This document shows positions 41,959-55,210 of a DNA stretch of 64,000 nt, piece after piece; positions within the stretch are counted from its first letter, which is position 1, and every line of letters starts with the position of its first letter. A model generated the notes under the pieces. The model saw nothing but the letters and a program-made list of their open reading frames with translations. It did no database searches and was not told the origin of the DNA. The stretch comes from Phaeosaccion multiseriatum (taxonomy: Eukaryota; Protista; Ochrophyta, other classes). Where the stretch lies: contig OZ218956.1 in assembly GCA_965112735.1 (NCBI GenBank), positions 2,852,001-2,916,000 of the forward strand, in the 5' to 3' direction. A program made the position numbers and the translations under genes.

Positions 41959-44900
41959 CGCAGCAGCAGGCGCAGCAGCAGGAGGAGGAGCAGCAGCAGC
42001 GCCAAGGGCAGCAGGAGCAGCAGGAGCAACAGCAGCAGGGAGAAGGCGACACCCACCCGAACGCGCAGCAGGAAGGAGCTGGGGCTGGAGAAGAAGCGGA
42101 GCGGGAGCTGAAAGGCATGGATCTCGACTCCTACACGAATGGAATGCAGGTGGAGGGGTCACAGGCCGGCGGAGACGCCGGTCTGGACGGAGTTAACCCC
42201 GACCCGAATGGAGGGGAAGGATCTGCTTACAGCACTCGCTTTCGCACCAGCAGTAAGGGAGACACCGGATTTGAGGGCGGATTCGAGGGGGGCAGGGATC
42301 AGCTAGAATCACGAGATAGTGGCGAAAGGGATGAGTATGGGAGGGAGCTGGGAGAGGATGGGATGATGGGGGGGGGGGGGCAGCAGCAGGAGCTAGGGGG
42401 GGGGGAGGAAGGAGACGAGGAAGGAGGGGGAGCGGAGCAAGAAGACGAAGAAGAAGAAGAGGAAGGGGGGGAAGAGGGAGCGGAAGACGATGAGGATGAG
42501 GAAGACGACTTGGATGAGCTCCCCATATTCGCAAACGACCAAAGCAGAGCTCTGCACGCCGAGATCAAGAAGCGAGAGAACCGAGTAGAAGAGATTGAAG
42601 AGCTAGTGGTGGAGCACACAGACCGGGTGAGGGTGATGGAGGAGCACTTGCGCAACGTGCACCAGGAGGTGGAGCTGACCAACTCCCTCATGGAGGCCAA
42701 AGAGAAGGAGAGGAGGACAGAGCGTCATATGGCCCAACTCGCAGCGAGAGAGAGCGGACGGTACCTACAGGAGGTCAAGGCATTCGACAGGGAAGGAGAG
42801 GACATGCAGGACAAGTTCAACATTGCGCAGAATGCAATCTTCAAGGCCAACGAAAAGATGGACCAGTTCAAGCTGCAGATGAACTGGAACCAGGAGGAGC
42901 TCGAGCAGTGGGCACTGGCCGCGAAGCAAAAGGACGACGACAACCTGCAGCTGCAAAAGTACACAAGGGCGGACGAGGTCAAGAGCAAGGAGCTGACTCT
43001 CATGATTGAGAAGCTTTCCAAGGCTGCTGTGGAGAAGAAGGCGCTCCTTCACAGCACCACAGCTTCGGCGGCGTCCAGACAGGTGAGGAGAGGGGAAGGG
43101 GGGGAGTATCAGGAGGGGGAGATGGAGAGGTGGAAGGAGCCGGCGGAGCCGCGTCGCGTGCCGGCATGGAGTATATATCTCGTAGGCTGCCATCTGCGCC
43201 ACTCGCACACTTCGCCGCTCACCACGCTGTTCATTGCCTCTGCCGAGCTGTTCCCTCTGCAAGAACATGACACGGTATAGGACGGACGAAGCGACAAACA
43301 ACCTAACCTTCCCCCCCCCCCCCTCCCCCCATCGGCCTGCTGTGTACGGTACCGGATACATACACAGGTGGAGCTCGATCGTGCGGCCGAAGAGTTCCGT
43401 CAGATGCATGCCGCCCGTCAGGATCTTGTGGTCAAGTGGCAGGAGAACATTGAGACCATGCGCCAACGCGACAGGGAGATCAATGACATTGGCACACAGT
43501 ACGCAGCTGCGAGGAAGCACCGCTTGCAGCGACACGAGCTCTTGCAGCAAAATGTCGAGCGGCTCAAGATGCAGGAGGACGACAACCAAGAGGTCAAGTC
43601 CAAGATTGAGCAGTTGGAGAGAATCGTCGCCAATCGGAGGGAAGAGAACCTCCGCGCACAGCTCCAGCTTGCGGACTTCAAGGACGAGCTAGGTGCGGAT
43701 TGGTTCATTGATGGCTGAGGAATCTCTCTCTCGCTCGCTCGCTTTCTCTTCCTCTCTTATGTTTTTAACTCCTACCCCATCCTGCTCTGTGCTGATCATG
43801 TGCGCAGAGGTGCTGAAGAGCAACTTGAGCAGCAGCGCCTCGGCACTGGTGGCAAAGAGGGCGCGGAAGGAGATGCTGGAGGAGCAAGTCGAGGGCAAGA
43901 AGAAGGCACTGGACGTGGCTCGCAACCGTTACACGGTAAGTGAGCGCGTGCGTACGGCCGAGTCGTGCCGAGTAGTCAGGACAGGCAGTAGTACTCTGGG
44001 CAATGGTTTGGCGTTGATGTCAGGAGATTGAACGGCAAGCAAGGCAGGCAAGGCAAGCAAGGCAAGCGAGCAACAGTGCCATCAAACCCAACAACAAAAG
44101 TGGTCCTCGTGACTGTGGAATTCCTCCCCTGCGCTGATCTGCTCGCTCCTGACGTTGTGATGATATTCCTTGGGCTTGTTTGGCACTTGCGCGGCGAGCA
44201 GGCGGCCAAAGAGAGGGTGGCCAACGAAACAATCAAGACTATGACGGCAGAAGAGGCAGCCAAGACCGCCACGGACGACCTCCGAAACGCCGAGCTTAGC
44301 CTCAAGACGTGCGAGAAGCAGCTCGCCCACAGCAAGGACACCATGTTCAAGGAGAGTCAGAAGCTCTATGCGTTTCGGCAGGAGGAAGCTAACCTCATCA
44401 ACGAGATTAGCTCCTCTCAGAGCGCCATTCGCAACCTGCAGGGCCGCGTGCACCAGCTGGACCTGACACAGATTAAGCAAATGGAGCAGATTTACACGTC
44501 GGAGTTTAAGATTCAACAAATGGAGCGCAAGGTAGCGAGGGGGTTGGGGGAGAGGAGCGATGAGGAGAAGACGAAGCTCAACCAACGCATCCAGGAGCTT
44601 GAGGGGATTGTGGAGCAAGCCAGGGAGCAGAAGAGAGTGCTCGTGTCACAGACCAGGAAGCTCAACAATGAGCTACGCGCGGCCATCCGTTCGCGTGACT
44701 TGAGCATCAAGCAGCAGTCCGAGCTCGAGGAGAGCATCAACGAGATTAGACTCGAGTGCGCGGCGGAAGAGACGTCGCTCAAGAAGGTGATGCGGCGGAA
44801 GGAGGAGCAAATGGTCAATAAGGACGTTCGTCGCTTGGAGATTAAGCGTCTCCGTGACATTTTGAACGGGCGCACGGACGAGGTGTATAGCCTGGAGAAC

Positions 44901-47335
44901 AGACAGGAGCAGTTGGCCATGAGTATGGCCGAGCGCAAGAGCGAGATTGAAGTGCATACGAATGTGCAGACGGCCATGCTTAGAGCTGCCGAGGAGGAGA
45001 GGCACAACGTCAGCCTCGAGCTGGGCCAGCGCAAGCAGCAAGTCATCAAGCTCCGGGCCAAGTATGAAACGCTCGCCAAGACGTCGTCGTCGGACGGAGG
45101 AGGCGGGGGTAACTCCGAGGACCAGCAGCACACGCAGGCCTATCTCATTATCAAAGCGGCGCAGAGGCGAGAGGAGCTCCAGCGAGAGGGTGATGAGCTC
45201 GATCACTCCATCCGCAAGTGCGAGCGTGAGATGAAGGCGCTGGGGGCCACGCTGCAGCACCTTAACGCGCGCAATGTGGACTACCGCATGAGTTTCAACA
45301 AGGCCGACCCCAATAGCGAGGAGGCGGACCTGCTAAAGCACCTCGAGCAGCAGGCCAAGATGGCACAGGACGCGCTCTTCAGGAAGAAGAAGGTAGGTGA
45401 TGCAAGGTACAGGTCGGTCGATAGGTTGGTTGGTTGGTTGGTTGGTTGGTTGTTTGGTTGGTCAGTCGGTCGATTGGTCAGTCGGTCGGCCGTTCGGCTG
45501 TTCGATCGGTCGGGTGGTTGGTTAGTCGGTCGGCCGGTCGGCTGTTCGATCGGTCGGGTGGTTGGTTAGTCGGTCGGTCAATAGGTCGCTCTGTACGTCT
45601 CGGTCGAAGTGTACGGTCGCTCGATCGGTCGGTTGGTTTGTCAGTCGGTCGGTCGATTGATGGATCGATTGATCGGTCGGTTGGTTTATCAGTCGGTCGG
45701 TCGATTGATGGATCGATTGATCGGTCGGTTGGTTGGTCAGTCGGTCGGTCGATTGATGGATCGATTGATCGGTCGGTAGGTCGGTTCGTTGGTCAGTCCG
45801 TCCGTCGGTCGGTCGGTCCATGGATCGGTTGGTTGGCCCGTCGGTCGATCGATCGGTCACTCGGCCGGTCACTGGGTGGCTCTGTACGTCTCGGTCGAAG
45901 TAAGAAAGCATAGACAGATAGATCAGAGATGGGGTCATACTCTGTTTGGTCGAAGTAAGGAAGCACAGATGGATCGATCATCGATCGTTTGTGGGGTCAT
46001 ACTCTATCTGCGCGCTAGGGTTTCCGGTGTCTGCCTGTACGCATGCCTCTACTTCACATCCACTCCGCTCCCTCCTGTCCCTTCCCCCTCCCCCCCCCCC
46101 CCTCCCTCCTCCTCCTCCTCCTTCTCACCCTCATCCGCCCCTCCTCCTCCCCGTGCTTCTCTTGTCACCGAGCAGGAGCTTCAGCGGCTGCAGACCGACT
46201 TCGAAGAAGATGCTTCTCGCCTCGATAGCGTCATGGAGAGGAGCGCCCGCCTTGAGGAGCAAAATGAGCAGCTACTCAACGCGCACGATCAGGTGCGAGT
46301 GTGCGTGTGTGTGTGCGTGTGTGAGTGCGCGTGTGTGTGTGCGTGTGTGCGTGTGTTTATGTGTGCGTGCGTGCCTTCTCGCTACCTCCCCTCCTCCTCC
46401 TCCCCCTCCTCCTCTCCTCCTCCTCCTCCTCCTCCTCCTCCTCCTCCTCCTCCTCCTCCTCCTCCTCCTCCTCCTCCTCCTCCTCCTCCTCCTCCTCCTC
46501 CTCCTCCTCCTCCTCCTCCTCCTCCTCCTCCTCCTCCTCCTCCTCCTCCTCCTCCTCCTCCTCCTCCTCCTCCTCCTCCTCCTCCTCCTCCTCCTCCTCC
46601 TCCTCCTCCTCCTCCTCCTCCTCCTCCTCCTCCTCCTCCTCCTCCTCCTCCTCCTCCTCCTCCTCCTCCTCCTCCTCCTCCTCCTCCTCCTCCTCCTCCT
46701 CCTCCTCCTCTTCCTCCTCCTCACTGTGTCCCTACACCCTATCTGTCCGCTGCCATCCATCCCTGCCCCCACAGGTGGAGCACGACCTCGTGGCTCAGGA
46801 GGAGCTCCTGCGCAAGGCCACTGCCAAGCTTGAGAAGGTCAGAGCAGAGCACAGAGGCGCACCAGCTCCGGCGGCGGACGGAGGAGGGGCCTCGTCAGTG
46901 GCAGGGGGCAGCGGCAGCAATGGCAGCAATGGCAGCCCAGGCAGCCAGGGAGGAGGAGGGGGAGCAGGAGGCACACCGACGGTTACAGAAAAGAAGCTTC
47001 GCGCGGAGGCCATGAACGAGACTGTGGGCAACGCGCTGTACACGCTGGGGCAACTCGCCAAGGAGTTCCCGGAGATACAAGACACACTGACAGTAGGGCT
47101 GCAGAAGGTTGGGCTTAGTGTGCCATCCAAGCCCCCATTGAGAGGCGGGGGTGGAGGGAGTAGCTTAGGGCGTGGCGGCGGAGGAGGTGGAGGCAGTCGA
47201 TTGGGATCGGCGCGGAGTGATCACAGCTCCATGAGCAGTCAGCAGAGTCTACTCAGTACGGCCAATGGTAGCGCCGCGGGCGATAGAGCAGAGGGAGGTG
47301 TTGCGCCTATGCGAGAGTTCAGCCCGCCCTTCTGA
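41826..47335 (+). CDS. CCDC39: Coiled-coil domain-containing protein 39 (FAP59), axonemal 96-nm ruler
   Basis: LPIFAN, EEHLRNV.QE, E.HMAQLA.RE.GR, FKLQMNWNQEELEQW..AAKQK.DDNL.LQKYTRADE, ELDR.AEEFR..H..RQ.LV..W, F.IQQMERKVAR..GERS and QAY.IIKAAQ.REELQREGDELD..IRK.E.E.KAL. Confidence 0.92.
45410..45900. repeat. Intronic (GGTC/GGTT)n satellite with higher-order repeats
   Basis: A ~49-bp unit containing GATTGATGGATCGATTGATCGG occurs three times; GCTCTGTACGTCTCGGTCGAAGT occurs twice. Confidence 0.85.
46388..46721. repeat. (CCT)n trinucleotide tract, ~110 units, intronic
   Basis: Directly visible. Confidence 0.95.
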
Positions 47336-47544
47336 TTGATCTGAGAGCTTCGCTGGTTGATTGTCTTCTTGTCTGGTTTGAGCTCTCCCCTCGTGGGTGA
47401 TACTCGATGACACAGTGTGCAGTACATGAATAACACTATCAGAAGCACGAAACTCTTGTTAACTCGGCTTGGAAGGTGCAAGTATTTGCGTGCGTATTCA
47501 TCAGCTTGAGCCCACCCAGTGAGAGAGTCAGCGAGGTGCGCGCG

Positions 47545-47692
47545 TGAGTGAGTGAGTGAGTGGGTGACGGTGTGTGTGTGAGTGGGTGCGTGGGTGAGCG
47601 AGTGTGAGTGAGTGAGTGTGAGTGAGTGAGTGAGTGAGTGAGTGAGTGAGTGAGTGAGTGAGTGAGTGAGTGAGTGAGTGAGTGAGTGAGTG
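47545..47692. repeat. (GAGT)n microsatellite
   Basis: Directly visible between CCDC39 and the NHX gene. Confidence 0.9.
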
Positions 47693-47841
47693 AGGAGCAG
47701 GCCCTCCTTCTGACCCCGAAGTTCCAGCTCGAACCAATGCCAAAAGTAGCAGCTTGGGGGGGGGGCGTTTGGACAGAAGGCGGCGGTCTTGGTGGATAGA
47801 ATAGATAGAATAGGGTGTTGCTTACTATTGTAGACACGAAG

Positions 47842-50800
47842 ATGTTTCTTGTGGGTTATCAGTGGGGCATCTACAATGACGAGGTGCGTGATGATCGCAA
47901 GCAATCCCCTTCTTCTCTTGGGGGTGTTCTGTCTCTTGTTGGACGTACCATTCCTCATGCGCTCCACCCCTTCGTCTTGATTTCTGCGTCTAAGCTCGTC
48001 CTCGTCGTTCCATACTTCTCCACGTTCCACTCTTCTGAACGATGAGCCGTTTGTGTGTGCATTGTGTCTGCATCTCGATATCATCTCCCCTCCCACCAAA
48101 AGACCCAAATCTCGGCCTTTGTGGCAGTGTTCCTGTCCACGCTGCTCGGCGTGATCCTCGTCAGCAACTACCTGGTGGGGCAGAAGTGGAATGGCCGCAA
48201 CAGGATCTACATCCCGGAATGCGCAGTCACCATGCTGTTCGGGCTTTTTGTGGGCATGCTCATCTACGTGTAAGTCGGCCTCTGTAAATCATACTTGTCC
48301 ACCAGAGGAGTGGATGGGCAGGCGATGTTGTCTCCTATACGCGCCTTTTGTGTGCTAGGAACTGACTTATTTATACAGTGGCTTTTATGCGACATCCGGC
48401 GAGGCTGAGAACAAGACGAGCCAGCGTGATAGAAGCAGCTTGGGGATCCCGTTGGACGCAGTCGGGACCGCGCTTTGCCTCTATTCGCTTTACCTCTCGG
48501 GGGAGACGACCCCCCATGCACATGCAGTGCATGCCTTCGCACCGACCTCACCCACACCCACATGCCCATCCGTTCCCCTCCCCCCCCCGTCCGGAATTTA
48601 TTCGATGGGTGCACCCCACACAGGTCTTACGCAGGCAGTAGCTACGAGCTGAAGCATTCACTCTCTTTCTCCTCGTCAGTGTTCTTTGTGGGGCTTCTGC
48701 CTCCCATCCTCTTCAACGAAGGGTACCACATGCGACTGAACCTTCTCGGGGCATACATTATGCCGATCTTCGTGTTTGCCGTGTTCGGAGTCGTCATCAG
48801 CACCTTTGTGCAGGTACTACAAATGAGGGGGCTGGAGGGCTGCCAGCGGAAGGGAGAAGGGGGAAGAAGGATACGACCGGGCAGCAGAGGGGATGGGAAG
48901 AGTGCTCGAAGTGCCCAACGAGCGGAACAAGAATGCTGCAGCGACAAACCAACCACCCCCCCCCTTTCCCCTCTCCTTCCTTCCCTCTGTCCCTCGCCCC
49001 TGAGACAACAACCGTATTTAATTTGTTCCCTTTCGTCCTGGATCCCCACGACAGGCTATCTGGACATTCACTACTCAGTTCACCGTCGGCTCGGGCGTCG
49101 ACCTGACCTTCTCTGAGAGCGTCACCTTTGGCGGCCTGCTCAGCGCCACAGACCCGGTGGCCATACTTGCGGTCTTCGCAGCCCTACGTGTAGACCCCTC
49201 TCTCTTCTACTTGGTCTTTGGAGAGGCTATCCTCAACGATGCAGTGGCCCTCACAGTGTTTAACATTGGAGCCAAGTTCGTGGCTGGGGACGAGGCGGCG
49301 GGAAAGGCGTGGTTGGCGGTGCTGGACTTTATCGTCATGCTCGGAGGGAGCACTCTCCTCGGGGCTGCCATCGGATGCTTCGCGGCACTCGCTCTCAAAT
49401 ACTCCGACTTTACGGTGAGGGAACAGGGGACGGACGTGGGGGGGGGAAGAGGAATCGGAAGGGGAGGGAGAGGGAGGGGGAAGGAGAAGAATGAAGTCTT
49501 GGTTCAGAGGTCGCGAGGCCGAGGCGGGAAGTGGAAGTGAGGGGCTGAGCGTGAGACAGGCGATGAGCGATCGGGACGGAAGAACGTTACGCGCGGCAAA
49601 ATGGTTGGGCCCCTCTGTCCAGCCAGGCGGGGAGAGCCTTCTTGTTTTTGTGTGTGCGCGAACGACAAATGAAAGCCCGGACGGCCCCATGGAGAGAGGG
49701 CTCTTTCTTTCTTTCTTCGATGACTTCTTCCTCTCTGTCAGAGCCTCCTTTCTCTGTGATGTCTTATCTTATCATGCTCTAGCTATTGCTGATATCTGTC
49801 CTGTCCCTCTCCTCCTCCTTCTCCTCCTCGTCTTCCTCCTCCCCCTTTTCACCACGTGCTGCTGCTCCGTATCACCAACTGCTGTGTAACCCCCAGACGA
49901 TGCCCACCCTGGAGATGGCAATGTACGTGATGCTTGCGTACCTCCCCTTCGTTGTGGCCCAGTGCGTGGGGCTGTCCCCCATCGTCACCATCCTACTCAC
50001 GGGCATCACCGCCCGGCAATACGCACACCCAAACCTCTCCTCGGCCAAGATTCAAGAGTTTGCAGAGGCCACCTTCCGCGTGCTGAGCTTCTTGGCCAAC
50101 AACGCCGTCTTCCTCTATCTGGGAATGAGGTACGACGACGACCTGACGACCTGTACACACCTACCTACCCGTATGCCTCTATCTGCATGTCTTTCTTCTG
50201 ACATGCGTCTGGGCATGGTTGAGGAGAGGAGGGAGACGTGTGTAGATGTCCTTCGCTGAGGACCGCAGACAGTCTCATGTGCATCAAAGGGTCGGGGTCT
50301 TTCTCTTCTCGCCCCTCCTTGCGTGGACCAGTGCTTGACCTTGACTTCCTTCCTTCGCTCTCTCCCTCCTTCCTTCCTTCCTTCCTTCCTTCCTTCCTTC
50401 CTTCCTTCCCTCCTTCCTTCCTTCCCTCCTTCCTTCCTTCCTTCCTTCCGTTCTTCCGTCCCCCGTTCCTCGTCCCATGTTCCTTGCGGTCACCGTATCC
50501 TCACCTCCTCTCCTTCTCCCTCCCTCCCACCACCCCGCCACAGTGTGTGGGGAATGCAGAAGGCTACTTTTTCCGTGGTGGCCTTTGTGCTGTGGACCTG
50601 CCTCGGCTGCGTGGTGTCGCGGGGAGTCGCCATCTTTGGTTTGTCAGCGGTGATCAATCTGTGTGCCAAGTATGGCTCTGCTCGGCCCGTCAGCTGGAGG
50701 AACCAAGTGGTCCTTTGGTTTGCCGGTACGTCCTCCAATTCAGGCAGAGTGTCATCATGCTGTACAGTGTATGGTATATTGCACAAGCTGTACACCGAAC

Positions 50801-51408
50801 GAACGAGCGGGGTAGGGGGTAGTACCATACCATGGTAGCTGCTGCATCTCTTCTGTCATCACCACTCGCACCACACGTACCACACGACCGCACCGACGTG
50901 ATAGGATGGGAAGTGCCCCCCCTCCTCCGCCTGTTTGTGTGTTGGTGCATCATCTTATCCATCTGTGTTGGTGCATCATCTTATCCATCTGTGTTGGTGC
51001 CATTTGGTGCCTTGTCCTCTCTCTGTCCAGGCCTTCGAGGGGCCATTGCTTTCGCCGCAGCGTCCACCTTCCCGGACGACAAAGGCAACCGAGACGTTAT
51101 TCTTTCGACCACGGCCGGTGTCGTGCTCATCTTCAACTTTGTCGTCGCGCCCTTCACCCAGCCCCTTCTCAAACGCTTGGGTGTGCCTCTCGATGTCGAG
51201 TATAGTGACTATGTAGCACCTGCGGTGAGTGAGCGCACACAGAGAGCATGGAGAGCATCGGTCGGTCGGGAGGGAGGGAGGGAGGGAGGGAGAGGAGCAG
51301 TGCGCTTTTCCCGAGTAGTGGGGCGGTGTAGCTTCTCAAATCTCATGTGGCGCTGAGCTCCTTCTCACGGTTGTTGTGCTTGCATTACTCTCATCTCTCT
51401 CTCATGTC

Positions 51409-51451
<43 letters not shown>

Positions 51452-51945
51452 CGCGCCCCCCTGGGCACCGATTGTTTTTTACCACCGCGTCGCCTGCCAA
51501 CGGTACCTCCGCCTTTTGTCATCTCACGTGACCCACCTGCCCTTGCTTGACTCGCCCCTCCCCCGCCTTTGTCCCTTAGCCCAACGCTGCCGTGAAGTTC
51601 GTGGACAAGCTCGACAAGGTCCACCTCCAGCCCTTCTTGCTCTCCACGCGCGCAAAGGCCACGCAACTGGGCGAGAGCGGTGATGAGCGGGCAGGAGATT
51701 CCGCCTCCGAAGAGGGATTGGGTATGGCAGATGGAGCAAGCGGCGGCGAGGCCGATGGAGGAGGAGGGGAGGGGGAGGGTGGTGGCAAACAGGACAGCGC
51801 GGCCGACGGAGCTGCGTACGACTTTGGGGGGGCCATGCACAATCGCCGCGGGTCGCAAAGTAGAAGGCAGTCGAGGACAGACGAGAGCGATCACGGAAGC
51901 AGAGGGACGTCCCCGCTTCAACGGAGAAGTCTGGACAGCGTATAG
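47842..51945 (+). CDS. Na+(K+)/H+ exchanger, CPA1 family (NHX/NHE8-like)
   Basis: IPECAVTMLFGL.VG, FFVGLLPPILFNEGY, FGGLLSATDPVAILAVF, LVFGEAILNDAVA, SFLANNAVFLYLG, LWFAGLRGAIAFA. The start is uncertain. Confidence 0.92.
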
Positions 51946-52518
51946 AGTGGGCGGGTGGGTAGATTGGTGGGTGGGTGATTGGGTGGGTAAGCGGGTGAGT
52001 GGCAGGTGCACAGAGCAAGGAGGGGGGGGGGGCGACGATGATGGTGCTGGGTGCGGGTGTGTGGGGGTAGACTTGCTCTAGACTTGGCTCTTTATTTTAA
52101 GGAGGGCTGCACAAAAGAAAGGCTGTATATGGTCCCCACTTTACGCGCTCCTGCTTGGAGTGGAGACAGAACAGAGCGGCGGAGGAGCCCCGTCGCACTT
52201 GAGTCTGATTGGCGTCAGCGGCCACGAGCAAGGCTTGGCAGGCCCAGTCAGAATTTGGGGTGTGCTTCCTTGACTTGTCTTTTATACCTTTCTTTTCTTG
52301 TTGTTAACTTGTTCTTCGCCCTGGTGGGGCGCTCTTCTCTCTCTCTCTCTCTCTCTCTCCCTCTTTCTCTTTCGCTTATAATAAAAAATACTTGGAGTAC
52401 CTGTTAATAAATGACAAAACTAAATCACAAAGACGAGGACGCTGTCTTGCCAGTGTGCTTGCCTGCCCATACGCCTCACGCCTGCCCGTCAGTCCTGCCC
52501 GGCCACCCCCCCCCGGCC

Positions 52519-54163
52519 TCAGTGCTGCTCCCTTGGAGAAGGCCCTGCCGCTCGGGCCCTGGTGAGCCAAGCCCATCTGGACGGCTCCGTGGGCAGTGCC
52601 AGTGCCGGAGGCTGCTGCTGCTGCTGCGATGACTCCAGCGGCCTCTCTCTACTGGCGACCGCTGGAGCCTTCTTCCTCCGAACGACCTTTGGCTGCTGCT
52701 GCTGCTGCTGCTCAAGGGTCTGGTTAAGCAAAGCGCTCGGTGGGGTGCTACTGCGCGCGGCCTGTGAATCTCCTCCTGCTGAAGTGCGTGATCGGCCCGT
52801 CGCTGCTCGTGTCCATGGTGCTGGTTGCGATACCAGCTTGTCGGGCCCATCCCCTGCTGCCCCTCTCCCCACCACTCCCCGTCCTTGCCGCGATCGGGTC
52901 GGCCCAGGCTGTGTCTGTGTCTCTGTATTGCCCTCCCCACTTCCCACAGTCACGGCCCCTGCCCGACTGTGGTCGGCCTCCAGCGTTGCCCGGTACGCTT
53001 CAGTGCTGGACTGTTTCGACTTGCCTTCCTTGAGGAGTCGTTCCTGCCGCTGCTCCCACCCCCGCTTGGCCATCCACTCCAGCAAGGGCTCTGGAAATCC
53101 TTGATAGCTCCAGTAGACAAAGGGCACCACAGCACAGGCCACGGCTCCCATCCAGCTCATCCACAGCACGTGCATCGCCTGCCGCCAGCGGAAGGCGCCA
53201 CCACCCTCGGCTCTTCCTTCCTCACCCGCTGAATATCCATCCTTCCCTGCGCTATATGCACCACCCCCTTTACCACCCCCCCCCCCAGCAGCAAAAGCAG
53301 CAGCAGTAGCGGCGGCGTTCATATGTGCCCTGTGTGAATGTGTTGCGCTCGACATTGCCACGCTGCGCAGACCCGCTGCCGACCTGGCTACTGCCTCCTC
53401 CGATGACGGTCTGCGAGAGAGACAAAGCGATGGGGTGCGAGAAGAGAAGCAGATGAGCAAGCATACACAGGAATGAGTGGCGGACCGTGGGTGCGTTCTC
53501 TTTAATCTTGTCACGAGCGTGCAAAGCCTGGGGGTCGCAGTCTCCAATGGCCGCCGCCTCTGTCTCTCCAGTCACCGCACCTTTCCATCTTTCGCTGGTC
53601 TCGCCACCGCTTTGTGGCGCTCGCCGCGGCCACCTTGGACGCTCCGGGCCTCGTACCGACCTCCAGAGCGGCGGTTCCCGGCATCCTCCGAGGCACTGCC
53701 ACTTCCGATACTTTGTCCCAGTCTGTGGCCGACTCGGAGAGCAGGCGCCGCCGCTGCTCGCCAGGTGACTGCTTTCGAGGGGGGGCATTGCGACTGCTGC
53801 TGCTGCTGCTGCCGCTGCTGCTCCTGGAGGTTCTCCCATCCCTTGTCTGCTGCTGCTGGCGATGCTCAGCTCTGTTGACAAGGCAGGGCGAACAAGGTAA
53901 ACAGTGAGCAGATCGTGAGCAGGGGATGAGGGGACAAAACAACAGCCACGGCGTATTTCTTTTGGCACCTCATCTCCCTTCTCCTAAACCGACCTCTGGC
54001 TCGACGTCGCGCTGGTCGAGTGTGCCTGTGACGGCCTCCATACCACCCCTTTCCCGCTATCACTATCGCTGCTAATGTTCCGAGTCCTCGTCCTCGCCCC
54101 AGTCGTATTCCAGCAGCGTCTGGGTCGAGCAGCTACTCTACTGACGGCCACCCTCAGCGCCAT
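52519..54163 (-). CDS. Hypothetical mitochondrion-targeted single-pass membrane protein (left member of the inverted pair)
   Basis: Presequence MALRVAVSRVAARPRRCWN; two GT-AG introns mirrored in the right copy; TM segment VLWMSWMGAVACAVVPFVYW followed by a charged C-terminus. Confidence 0.6.
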
Positions 54164-55210
54164 TGGAAAGAGCTTCTTTCTTTCTTCTCTGTGTGACCAA
54201 GTGGGACTTATTTTCCCTGCTTTACTCCGTAACCTCTCCCTCGACAAGCATAGGGGAGCAATTTAAGGAAAGCAGAAAATGGGCTCCCAACCACACCCAG
54301 ATCATTTTTTTCAAAATTCCAAATTCCACTTTTGATCCACTTTTCCACTTTTCCACCTTTCCCCCCCTCCCCTACTGGAGGAAAAAATGGCGCTGAGGGT
54401 GGCCGTCAGTAGAGTAGCTGCTCGGCCCAGACGCTGCTGGAATACGACTGGGGCGAGGACGAGGACTCGGAACATTAGCAGCGAAAATGATGGCGGGAAA
54501 GGGGTGGTATGGAGGCCGTCACAGGCACACTCGACCAGCGCGACGTCGAGCCGGAGGTCGGTTCGGGAGAAGGGAGATGAGGCGCCAAAAGAAAGACGCC
54601 GTGACTGGTATTTTGTCCCCTCATCCCCTGCTCACGATCCGCTCACTGTTTTGCCTTGTTCGCCCTGCCTTGTCAACAGAGCTGAGCATCGCCACCAGCA
54701 GCAGCAGAGAGGGGATGGGAGAACCGCCAGCAGCAGCAGCAGCGGCAGCAGCAGCAGCAGCAGCCGCAGCAGCAGCAGTCGCAATGCCCCCTCTAGAAAG
54801 CAGTCACCTAGCGAGCAGCGGCGGCGCCTGCTCTCCGAGTCGGCCACAGACTGGGACAAAGTATCGGAAGTGGCAGTGCCTCGGAGGATGCCGGGAACCG
54901 CCGCTCTGGAGGTCGGTACGAGGCCCGGAGCGTCCAAGGTGGCCGCGGCGAGCGCCACAAAGCGGTGGCGAGACCAGCGAAAGATGGAAAGGTGCGGTGA
55001 CTGGAGAGACAGAGGCGGCGGCCATTGGAGACTGCGACCCCCAGGCTTTGCACGCCCATTAAAGAGGACTCCCACTCATTCCTGTGTATGCTCTCTCATC
55101 TGCTTCTCTTCTCGCACCCCATCGCTTTGTCTCTCTCGCAGGCCGTCATCGAAGGAGGCAGTAGCCAGGTCGGCAGCGGGTCTGCGCAGCGTGGCAATGT
55201 CCAGTGCAAC
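53341..55210. repeat. Large inverted repeat: arms ~53341-54163 and ~54387-55210, ~223-bp spacer
   Basis: The arms are near-identical reverse complements, including both introns; they differ by scattered substitutions and small indels. Confidence 0.95.

Noticed and set aside
53341-55210. Large inverted repeat as transposon terminal inverted repeats
   Set aside because: The arms are intron-containing host-gene sequence starting at ATG. No transposase or target-site duplication was seen.
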